Shown: positions 17,857 to 25,175, counted from the stretch's first letter. The stretch: DNA of 32,000 nucleotides from an uncultured Alphaproteobacteria bacterium (GCA_934246625.1 CAKQHZ010000001.1:300001-332000); one strand, 5' to 3'. Made by a program: numbers and translations. Notes: generated by a model from the letters alone, not told the origin.

Positions 17857-18555
17857 ATGCAGTCATTTATAATTCCACAAGAAGTAATTCCGTTAATAAA
17901 TCTTTATTCGTTGAAAAAAGATAATGACGATTTTTCCCTTATCCGACTTTGTAAAACTGCTATTGAAAAAAATTTTGCATCTATTACTGTTGATATGAAT
18001 TTTGTAGGTAATGTTTGGAAATGGATTGAACATAGCAATGTGAAACTTGTTGCATCTATCAATATGATTACAAATATGTTATCTCCAACTGAACTTTTTC
18101 AAAATATAAAATCGGTTTTTGAAAATGGTGCTGATATGGTAGAGGTTGTAATGCCTCTTTTGTTTTCAAATATTGACGAAGAAAAGCCATCTGATATTAT
18201 AAAGGAATATTTGGATATTATTACAGAAGCAAAATCTTTTAAACAAGCAAAAATTACTTTTGAAACGGGATTTATTCCTTATGTAAGTCAGATAAAGTAT
18301 TTAACTCAACTTATTCAAAAACACAATATTGATATTATTAAAACTGCATCATCATTTTATGAAAAGGCATCAACAATAAATCATTTCAATCTGATTTTGA
18401 ATAATATTAAAAATATAAATACTAAAATAGATTTTTTATTTGATGTAAAAAGTTGTAATAAATTTATTATTTCTGATGCCTATAGACTTGTTGAAAAATC
18501 CCCAATTTCTGAGAGAAAACCTCTTATTGTAAGTTATCCGATTGAGTGTTTATAA
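17857..18555 (+). CDS. divergent DeoC/LacD-type class I aldolase-fold protein (deoxyribose-phosphate aldolase-like)
   Basis: ITVDMNFV, GADMVEVVMP, KITFETG and IIKTASSF align with the DeoC motifs vcV.P.fV, GAdEiDmVi, KVIiEt and fvKTSTGF, keeping both lysines. I chose the ATG at 17857 behind AGAGGA instead of the track's TTG at 17827. Confidence 0.45.
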   Translation: MQSFIIPQEVIPLINLYSLKKDNDDFSLIRLCKTAIEKNFASITVDMNFVGNVWKWIEHSNVKLVASINMITNMLSPTELFQNIKSVFENGADMVEVVMPLLFSNIDEEKPSDIIKEYLDIITEAKSFKQAKITFETGFIPYVSQIKYLTQLIQKHNIDIIKTASSFYEKASTINHFNLILNNIKNINTKIDFLFDVKSCNKFIISDAYRLVEKSPISERKPLIVSYPIECL

Positions 18556-18573
18556 CCTAGGAACATCTACTTA

Positions 18574-18602
18574 TTGATTTGATATTATTTTCTAGTTATA
18601 GT
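18574..18602 (+). promoter_or_regulatory. candidate promoter of the outer-membrane protein gene
   Basis: TTGATT (18574-18579), 17-nt spacer, TATAGT (18597-18602). Confidence 0.4.
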
Positions 18603-18666
18603 TGTAGTCAAGCAATTCCACAAAAAAGGGTTGTGATAATGTTAACACAAAGAAAGGAAATAAATT

Positions 18667-19569
18667 ATGAGAAAAGTAAGTTTATTAACTCTTGCTTCTA
18701 TAGCTGTTATTTCTTCTGCTGTTTCTGCTCAAACAGCAGGCGGTATGTATAGCTCTTCAAGCATAAATACAACTCCATCATTTAATATGGAAAATCCGTT
18801 GTATAAACCAGCTGAAGGTATGTTTTATTCTAAAACTAACTTCAATTATACACCAGTGAAACATTATGATAGCAGTTATCAATTAACAGAAGAATTCGGT
18901 TATGGTATCAGCAATGGCTGGACTTTGGCTGCTTCTCTTGGTTATGGTTGGATGGAAAAATCTGCTAATCCATACGATAAAGGTTCTAAATTATCAAATT
19001 TAGCTATCGGAACTGCTTATAGACCTATCATAAATGAAGATTTCATTTGGGATATTAAATTTGGTGTAAGCATTGATACTGCTGATGATATGGTTGGTCA
19101 ATACTCTCTTGGTCTTCCTATCAATGACTATGGTAAAAAAGATACTGCTGTATATCTTGCTACACAATTTGGTATCGAAATGTCAGAAGACTTTGACCTT
19201 GCTATTGAACTTGGTTATTCTATGGACACAGATGACAAGAAAAACCTTGAAAACAAAGAGCTCGGCGATACATCTTATTACTATGCAAACGTAATGAGCC
19301 AAATTGAATTTTCTGATGATTGGTCAATGAATCTTGGCTATAAATTCAAAAAATTCGCTGATAAAGATGGCTTTGATAAAGCTGCTCAACAATTCGTAAC
19401 ATTGTCAGGAAACTGGCAAGCAACAGATGCAACTTTGTTGGCTTTGTATGCTGATTACGATGCATCATCAAAGTCTGACAGAAAAGATATGAATGGAACT
19501 GAACTTGCAGGCGATAACGGCGATAAAAATCGTTGGTCTATGGGTGCAAGAGTTGGAGTTCAATTCTAG
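18667..19569 (+). CDS. outer-membrane beta-barrel protein (porin-like), probably abundant
   Basis: Signal peptide ...ISSAVSA|QT. Alternating amphipathic strands with aromatic girdle residues. C-terminal beta-signal RVGVQF. Codon choice (gct, ggt, tct, act) resembles the ribosomal protein genes in this window. Confidence 0.7.
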   Translation: MRKVSLLTLASIAVISSAVSAQTAGGMYSSSSINTTPSFNMENPLYKPAEGMFYSKTNFNYTPVKHYDSSYQLTEEFGYGISNGWTLAASLGYGWMEKSANPYDKGSKLSNLAIGTAYRPIINEDFIWDIKFGVSIDTADDMVGQYSLGLPINDYGKKDTAVYLATQFGIEMSEDFDLAIELGYSMDTDDKKNLENKELGDTSYYYANVMSQIEFSDDWSMNLGYKFKKFADKDGFDKAAQQFVTLSGNWQATDATLLALYADYDASSKSDRKDMNGTELAGDNGDKNRWSMGARVGVQF

Positions 19570-19633
19570 TCTTTCCTAAGACATTTAAAATTACATTGTA
19601 AAGTATGAAACAAAGGTGAATATGGCAAACAAG

Positions 19634-19663
19634 GAGGTCGTTTCTTTTAGGAACGGCCTTTTT
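19634..19663 (+). terminator. rho-independent terminator after the OMP gene
   Basis: GGTCGTT (19636-19642) pairs with AACGGCC (19652-19658) with one G.U pair, followed by T5. Confidence 0.65.
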
Positions 19664-19666
19664 GTA

Positions 19667-19695
19667 TTGAAGAATCTTTAAAAATAGGATATATT
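19667..19695 (+). promoter_or_regulatory. candidate promoter of pilin-like gene 2
   Basis: TTGAAG (19667-19672), 17-nt spacer, TATATT (19690-19695). Confidence 0.4.
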
Positions 19696-19722
19696 TGCAT
19701 TGTAAAATTAAAGGAGAAAATT

Positions 19723-20193
19723 ATGAAAAATTACAAATCTGATTCTGGACGTTCTTTACTTGAAGCCCTTTTATATATAAGTTTGGTTAGTGTTATGGTT
19801 GTTGCCAGTGTGAAAATGTATTCTGATTACAATCAAAAAATAAAACGAACTTCTGCTCAAGAACAACTTGATGAAATTTCATCAAAAGTAAATACTCTTT
19901 ATTTTGGAAGGACTCTTCCTACTGCGGGAACATCACTTAATGAAAAACTTACTTCAAATGGTGTGAAATTAACTGACCCATGGAGCAAGGCTATTTCCGT
20001 TGTTTCTGATAATGAAACAAATTATCATATTACAATGACACTAAATAAAACTGCTTGTATTTTCCTTGCTATGAATACTATATCAAAAGTTAAGGAACCT
20101 GTTATAAACAATATAAAAGATGGTGTAAATGACCCTCTTGTAAATTGTAATACAAACTCAAATTCAGTCGCATTTTATTACACAACAAAATAA
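19723..20193 (+). CDS. type IV pilin / T2SS pseudopilin-like protein (paralog 2), orphan
   Basis: G|RSLLEALLYISLVSVMVV (Gly -1, Glu +5). YSDYNQKIKRTSAQEQLDE...LPTAG parallels paralog 1. C-terminal Cys pair (C111...C141). The AGGAGAAAAT ribosome-binding site is the same as for paralog 1. Confidence 0.6.
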   Translation: MKNYKSDSGRSLLEALLYISLVSVMVVASVKMYSDYNQKIKRTSAQEQLDEISSKVNTLYFGRTLPTAGTSLNEKLTSNGVKLTDPWSKAISVVSDNETNYHITMTLNKTACIFLAMNTISKVKEPVINNIKDGVNDPLVNCNTNSNSVAFYYTTK

Positions 20194-20206
20194 AATTTTG
20201 AAATAA

Positions 20207-20238
20207 AAAAATCCCCCAGTAAAAACTAGGGGATTTTA
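20207..20238. terminator. bidirectional rho-independent terminator between pilin-like gene 2 and the convergent lipoprotein gene
   Basis: A7-TCCCCCAG-taaaaa-CTAGGGGA-TTTT, very similar to the hairpin at 11707-11741. Confidence 0.7.
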
Positions 20239-20251
20239 TTTTGCCTTTAAT

Positions 20252-21250
20252 TTAATATTGCATCAATGTTTTTTCACATTTATCTGCGGTGTCTTTATTT
20301 TTATTTAAGCCAGCAAGTGTTGTAGAGCTTAAAATAACACCAGTTGCAGAAGTTGCAGTTGTAATACCAGTTGCAATTTTTGAAGCTAAATCAGCTTTAT
20401 TTTTTACTTCTTCATCTGCCTTCTTATTTCCAATGCCTTTTGCAACGGTGCCAACAATACCACTTGCAGCACCAACACCAGATGTTATTGTTGTGCCGAT
20501 AAGTTGTCCCTTTATTGACTCTATATTTTGTTCATCAAATCCAGTGCAAGCAGATTTAATTTTGCCTACCTGATAAATAATTTTATCATCTGGGTCAACT
20601 TCTTCGTCAAGAAGGTCATCTGCAATAGGAGCAATCTCCTTTATATGTTTATTGCAAGATTTTACTTTCTTTATTAACTCGTCCATCTTTGAAAGAGATA
20701 TTGCAGAAGTTATTGTTGATGCAGTTGAAGTAATAGTTGCACCAACCATAAGTCCAGTTTCAAGACCTTCTCTTGATTTTTTTTCACCAACAAATTGTGA
20801 TGTTAATGAACCTCCACTTGCTAATGTTCCGGCACCAGAAGCAACGGTTGTTCCAATAGTCAAACCTTGTATCATTTCCAATGTATCCGCAATGCCAATA
20901 CATTCAAGTTGTGCATTACCAAGAGCTTGTTGATACCTTGTTTTAATTTCCTTTATACGACGATTTCGTTCAATAGAATCATTATCGACATCAGGAGTTG
21001 GTGTAGGCTCTGGTGTTGGAGTTGGATTTACATCTGGAATTTCAGGTTCCACAGGTGTGATAATTGAAATTTCACCAGGGTCCTTTGGTGTAAGTGTAGG
21101 CAAACCTGGAGTTACCAAAGTTCCATAAGCAGGAGTTCCCCTTTTCATAAATCGTCTTGAAGATTGATTTTTTGGTGCAGAAAGGCAAGCAACAGAATTA
21201 CTAAATAAAATTGTTGCCAATACAAACACTGATATTTTTGAATTTCTCAT
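20252..21250 (-). CDS. putative lipoprotein with a Pro/Thr/Glu linker and two tandem Gly/Ser/Thr-rich repeat domains; family unknown
   Basis: Signal peptide with a lipobox-like NSVAC|LS. Linker PVEPEIPDVNPTPTPEPTPTPDVD. Two ~100 aa repeats each follow C.G....I.G..IGTT(V/I).SG.G ... T.T(S/A)..T....S ... C(N/E)K. AGGAA Shine-Dalgarno site. Confidence 0.6.
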   Translation of the reverse strand: MRNSKISVFVLATILFSNSVACLSAPKNQSSRRFMKRGTPAYGTLVTPGLPTLTPKDPGEISIITPVEPEIPDVNPTPTPEPTPTPDVDNDSIERNRRIKEIKTRYQQALGNAQLECIGIADTLEMIQGLTIGTTVASGAGTLASGGSLTSQFVGEKKSREGLETGLMVGATITSTASTITSAISLSKMDELIKKVKSCNKHIKEIAPIADDLLDEEVDPDDKIIYQVGKIKSACTGFDEQNIESIKGQLIGTTITSGVGAASGIVGTVAKGIGNKKADEEVKNKADLASKIATGITTATSATGVILSSTTLAGLNKNKDTADKCEKTLMQY

Positions 21251-21279
21251 TTCCTTTTCCTTTTTTAAAATATATGTCT

Positions 21280-21308
21280 ATTATACAATATAATAAAAAA
21301 GGTTTCAA
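21280..21308 (-). promoter_or_regulatory. candidate promoter of the lipoprotein gene
   Basis: On the minus strand: TTGAAA (21308-21303), 17-nt spacer, TATAAT (21285-21280). Confidence 0.45.
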
Positions 21309-21320
21309 TAAATTAAATTC

Positions 21321-21623
21321 TTAATTAACCTTGAAAACTGATTTCATTTCAGGAGCGGAATAAAGAGCATTGATAAGCTCATCTACAGTTTCAATTTTGA
21401 ATTTTTCGCTTGTCTCAGAAAGGTCCTTTCTAAAAATGACCTCTAAATTTGCAAGCAAATCAATCCACGTCCAATAATCTAACCCTACCTGTGAATAATT
21501 TTGAGACTTTATAGAATCGAAATTTATATCCTTTGGCAAACAAGATGTTTCACCAATAAGCCTTTGAATTTCGCTAGCTATTAGTCGTTTTTTATTAAAC
21601 ATTTTTGTATCTTTTTTCATCAT
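21321..21623 (-). CDS. small ACP/PCP-fold-like protein lacking the phosphopantetheine-attachment serine
   Basis: SQVGLDYWTWIDLLANLEVIFRKDLSE...ETVDELINALY aligns with the acpP in this window ([27 protein letters not shown]...[11 protein letters not shown]), placing Tyr (TAT) where the Ser of the DSL motif should be. No Shine-Dalgarno site. Confidence 0.4.
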   Translation of the reverse strand: MMKKDTKMFNKKRLIASEIQRLIGETSCLPKDINFDSIKSQNYSQVGLDYWTWIDLLANLEVIFRKDLSETSEKFKIETVDELINALYSAPEMKSVFKVN

Positions 21624-21670
21624 AATATCTGTATTATAGACAATTTATTCTTATTTTGTCAACAGATATT
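21624..21670. repeat. perfect 9-bp inverted repeat bracketing the promoter above
   Basis: AATATCTGT (21624-21632) and ACAGATATT (21662-21670), 29 nt apart. A nested GACAA/TTGTC pair lies inside. Confidence 0.6.
21633..21662 (-). promoter_or_regulatory. consensus sigma70 promoter positioned to give a (near-)leaderless mRNA for the ACP-like gene
   Basis: On the minus strand: TTGACA (21662-21657), 18-nt spacer, TATAAT (21638-21633). Only 9 nt separate the -10 element from the ATG at 21623. Confidence 0.5.
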
Positions 21671-21759
21671 TTTTTCTTTAAAAATTCCTTCCTTTTGAAA
21701 AGTATCTATTGCAAATCAAAATATTTCAAGTAAATTATTACCTAAGGAGATTTATAAAG

Positions 21760-23079
21760 ATGAATTTGTTTAAAAAGTTATTGATTATACTTGTATTTTT
21801 TTGTTTGGGAATAAAATCTGTAATGGCGGAAATTTATGTTGATATAGACAGCGGAAACATAAATCCTATTTCTATTGCAATAATGAATTTTGAAAGCAAA
21901 GACAAAGAATTGGCATCTATTGGTGAAAAAATCACATCTGTAATCACAAATGATTTAAAAAGAAGTGGGCTTTTTACTCCTATATCTCACGATGCTTTTG
22001 TTGATAAAACCCAAGATATTGATGCAATGCCAACATTCGAAAATTGGGCTGTGATAAATGCTATGGCTTTGGTTTATGGTAATATAGAAGCAAAGGAAGA
22101 TGGAAAGGTTCGTGTTGAATTTCAACTTTGGGACGTCTTAGGTCAAATCAGATTGGAAGGGCAAGTATTATTAACCGAAAAATCAAATTGGAGAAGAATT
22201 GCACATATAATTTCAGATTATATATATAAAAGAATGACTGGTGATAATGGATACTTTGATACACGAATTGTTTATGTTGCAGAAACAGGTTCAAAACTTG
22301 ATAGAACAAAAAGACTTGCTGTTATTGACCAAGATGGTGCAAATTTGAAATATCTAACTGATGGAAAAATCCCTGTTACAACTCCTGTATTTTCTCCTAA
22401 CTCACAAAAAATTGCTTATGTAACATATTACAAACATATTCCTCGTGTTTATATTTTTGATATTGAAACTGGGGAACAAGAACTCCTTGGCAAATTCCCT
22501 GGAATGTCATTTGCACCACGATTTTCACCAGATGGCAAAGATGTTATTATAAGTATTGCCGATGATGGAAATTCAGATATTTATGAAATGAATTTGGAAA
22601 CAAAAAAACTTAAACGACTTACAAAGCACCCTGCTATTGATACAGCACCAACCTATTCTCCTGATGGAAAAAGGATTGCCTTTGTTTCAGACAGAAGTGG
22701 TTCACCACAAATATATACAATGGACAGAGATGGTTCAAATGTTGAAAGAATTAGCTTTGGAAAAGGTCAATATGGTGATGTCAACTGGTCTCCTCGTGGT
22801 GATTATCTTGCTTTTGTAAAAATCAAAGATAACAACTTTTATATCGGACTTATGTTTGAAGATGGAAGCGGGGAAAGACTTATTGCCAAAGGTTATACTG
22901 TCGAATCTCCTACATGGTCCCCTAATGGAAGAAGAATTATTTTCTATGAACAAGAACCAACAAAAGATGGCGAGGATAAACTTACCCTTCAAAGCGTTGA
23001 TATTACAGGATATAATCACGAAATAATTAAAACAAAAACGCTTGCATCTGACCCTGCTTGGTCTCCTACTTTACCTTAA
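21760..23079 (+). CDS. tolB: Tol-Pal system beta-propeller protein TolB
   Basis: Signal peptide. N-terminal TolB domain (IAIMNF...L..VI.NDL.RSG.F). Repeated propeller motifs (FSPNSQKIAYV, FSPDGKDVII, YSPDGKRIAFVSDRSGSPQIY, WSPRGDYLAFV, WSPNGRRIIF). ATG at 21760 lies behind AAGGAG; the track's TTG at 21709 is rejected. Confidence 0.9.
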   Translation: MNLFKKLLIILVFFCLGIKSVMAEIYVDIDSGNINPISIAIMNFESKDKELASIGEKITSVITNDLKRSGLFTPISHDAFVDKTQDIDAMPTFENWAVINAMALVYGNIEAKEDGKVRVEFQLWDVLGQIRLEGQVLLTEKSNWRRIAHIISDYIYKRMTGDNGYFDTRIVYVAETGSKLDRTKRLAVIDQDGANLKYLTDGKIPVTTPVFSPNSQKIAYVTYYKHIPRVYIFDIETGEQELLGKFPGMSFAPRFSPDGKDVIISIADDGNSDIYEMNLETKKLKRLTKHPAIDTAPTYSPDGKRIAFVSDRSGSPQIYTMDRDGSNVERISFGKGQYGDVNWSPRGDYLAFVKIKDNNFYIGLMFEDGSGERLIAKGYTVESPTWSPNGRRIIFYEQEPTKDGEDKLTLQSVDITGYNHEIIKTKTLASDPAWSPTLP

Positions 23080-23158
23080 AAAATTATTTTATTGACATTT
23101 TAAATTTTTTGTATAAAAATATATGCATCAATAAATAAAACGAAAGGAAACAAAAAAA

Positions 23159-23509
23159 ATGAAACTTTTTAGAAAAGCTGATAAAATAAATTTTGGAACT
23201 GAACATTGTTTTAATTATAGTAATGATTCAACTTTTATAATAGAAGAAAGACAAAAACAAAACAAAGAAGCAAAAGAAAACAATATAGTTATAATTCAAG
23301 ATAATCTTAAACACTTCAAAAGACAAAAAGCTATTATTGAAGAAAGACTTAATAATGCAAAAAACCAAGTTGAAAAAATGTCATGTGAAAGAACATTAAA
23401 ATATAATGCTCAACACATTAAATTCTGGGAAGAACGTTTAGCAAAATTTAATGAAAATAATACTAAAAAACAAATTATTGCAAAAACACTTAATGGTAAT
23501 CAAAAATAA
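23159..23509 (+). CDS. hypothetical protein, Lys/Glu/Asn-rich, predicted coiled coil, no signal peptide
   Basis: 116-aa ORF with a weak Shine-Dalgarno site (AAAGGAAA). A possible TTGACA at 23092-23097 lies upstream. No recognisable motifs. Confidence 0.4.
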   Translation: MKLFRKADKINFGTEHCFNYSNDSTFIIEERQKQNKEAKENNIVIIQDNLKHFKRQKAIIEERLNNAKNQVEKMSCERTLKYNAQHIKFWEERLAKFNENNTKKQIIAKTLNGNQK

Positions 23510-23518
23510 GGGTTAGTT

Positions 23519-23737
23519 ATGAAAAAACTTCTTTCATACGAAGCATGCCAAGAAACATTAAAAAGTTTGGATAGACAAGAAGAGGCGTATAAGGCTTTTT
23601 TAGAAACATCACATTCTGATGAAGTAATACAAATTTCTTTTTACAAATGTATTCTTACCTCTATTCAAATAAGAAGAGAACAAATCTATAATAACCCTGT
23701 TTTCAGAAAAGGGTTATGTAAAGATTTTTCAAAGTAA
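23519..23737 (+). CDS. hypothetical small protein (72 aa)
   Basis: AAGGG Shine-Dalgarno site 7 nt upstream of the ATG, which is 9 nt after the previous stop (operon-like). No recognisable motifs. Its stop abuts the stop of the convergent oxidoreductase gene. Confidence 0.4.
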   Translation: MKKLLSYEACQETLKSLDRQEEAYKAFLETSHSDEVIQISFYKCILTSIQIRREQIYNNPVFRKGLCKDFSK

Positions 23738-24754
23738 TTAAATCTTTACTTTCTTTTTTGTTTCCATTGATTTGGATATTGAACAAAGGAGTTGTAATGA
23801 TTGCATTGCGTCATCATCTGAGATGATAAAAGGTTTATCCTTTTGCAATGTGTCAGCAACTCCTTTATAATATGGAGTATGTCCATAGCCGTAGACACTA
23901 TCTACATCATAAGACACATCACAAAATTGCTTTACATCGCTGTTGAATTTCCAATCGGTTATTTTATTAAGGGCTACTCCACCAATTTTAACCAATCCCT
24001 TTTGTCCCAAAATTGTAATACTTCCTTCGTAATTTTCATTATATGCAAGAACAGATAAATTTACATTACCGATAATTCCATTTTTCCATTCAATAATTGC
24101 AGAACCACAATCTTCGGTTTCAATATCTCGTTCCAAGGTTTTACCAACAGCATAAACAGATTTTAATTTATCTCCTGCAAACCAATTCATTATATCTGTA
24201 TAATGTGAACCTTGGGTCATAAAAGCACCACCATCAATTTTTTTTGAACCATGCCATGATGGATTTTGGTAATAGCTTTCATCACGATACCAAAAAATAT
24301 TTGAAGTAATCATATAAATTTTACCGAATGCACCTTCATCAATCGCCCTTTTAACACATTGGATTGTTGGATTATAGCGGTTTTGATGAATTAAAAATAT
24401 ATGCTTGCCCTTCTTTTTTGCAAGTTTCATTAAATATTTTCCCTCTTTAAAAGAAAGAGTTAACGGTTTTTCAATTATCACATTCATATTGTGATTCAAA
24501 ACCTTTTTTGCATTTTCAAAATGATAGCCGTTTGGAGTGCAAATTGAAACTGCATCTAAATCCTCGTTATCCAACATTTCATCAAAATTCAAATAACCCT
24601 TTGCCCCAGTCTTTTTTACAGATAAAGATAGTTTATCATCGTTTCTGTCGCAAATGGCAACTAATGACATAACATTGCTGTTGTTTTTGATTGCTTCAAA
24701 ATGACAATCACTTATACGACCACAACCAACAACACCAATTTTTAATTTTTTCAT
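23738..24754 (-). CDS. Gfo/Idh/MocA-family NAD(P)-dependent oxidoreductase (sugar or nucleotide-sugar dehydrogenase type)
   Basis: KIGVVGCGRIS Rossmann motif, IIEKPL motif, 338 aa. The substrate cannot be inferred. Confidence 0.8.
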   Translation of the reverse strand: MKKLKIGVVGCGRISDCHFEAIKNNSNVMSLVAICDRNDDKLSLSVKKTGAKGYLNFDEMLDNEDLDAVSICTPNGYHFENAKKVLNHNMNVIIEKPLTLSFKEGKYLMKLAKKKGKHIFLIHQNRYNPTIQCVKRAIDEGAFGKIYMITSNIFWYRDESYYQNPSWHGSKKIDGGAFMTQGSHYTDIMNWFAGDKLKSVYAVGKTLERDIETEDCGSAIIEWKNGIIGNVNLSVLAYNENYEGSITILGQKGLVKIGGVALNKITDWKFNSDVKQFCDVSYDVDSVYGYGHTPYYKGVADTLQKDKPFIISDDDAMQSLQLLCSISKSMETKKKVKI

Positions 24755-24786
24755 TAAGAAAACTCCTTTTAATAAATATTTTATTC

Positions 24787-24814
24787 ATATTAACACATTT
24801 TTATCAAATATCAA
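24787..24814 (-). promoter_or_regulatory. candidate promoter of the oxidoreductase gene
   Basis: On the minus strand: TTGATA (24814-24809), 16-nt spacer, TGtTAATAT extended -10 (TAATAT at 24792-24787). Confidence 0.35.
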
Positions 24815-24839
24815 GAAATGGCATTATTTTTATTTGGAC

Positions 24840-24868
24840 TTGACATTTATATAGAAAAATTGTAAATT
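24840..24868 (+). promoter_or_regulatory. candidate promoter of acpP
   Basis: TTGACA (24840-24845), 17-nt spacer, TAAATT (24863-24868). Confidence 0.4.
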
Positions 24869-24932
24869 CCATTTATTCGGTTATATTTTGAAAACTGAAA
24901 ACTAAAATTAACAAACAAAAAGGTGATAAAAA

Positions 24933-25175
24933 ATGGCTGAACAAGTAAATGTTCTTGAAAAAGTAAAAAAAATCGTTGTTGAAAATCTTGGTGTTGAACC
25001 AGAAAAAGTAAACGAAAAATCAAGTTTTATTGATGACTTAGGTGCTGATTCATTGGATACTGTTGAATTAGTAATGGCTTTTGAAGAAGAATTTGGTTGT
25101 GAAATTCCAGATAACGAAGCTGAAAAAATTCTTACAGTTGAAGATGCTGTTAAATACATCGAAGCTCATATCTAA
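24933..25175 (+). CDS. acpP: acyl carrier protein
   Basis: [53 protein letters not shown] is a canonical AcpP with the DSL serine. Confidence 0.95.
   Translation: MAEQVNVLEKVKKIVVENLGVEPEKVNEKSSFIDDLGADSLDTVELVMAFEEEFGCEIPDNEAEKILTVEDAVKYIEAHI

Noticed and set aside
19622-19681. A 19-codon ORF (MANKEVVSFRNGLFVLKNL) with an AAGGTGA Shine-Dalgarno site, overlapping the OMP terminator hairpin. I considered translation-dependent read-through into pilin-like gene 2.
   Set aside because: Pilin-like gene 2 has its own well-spaced -35/-10 match directly downstream. The peptide has no regulatory codon pattern. Short ORFs like this are common by chance.
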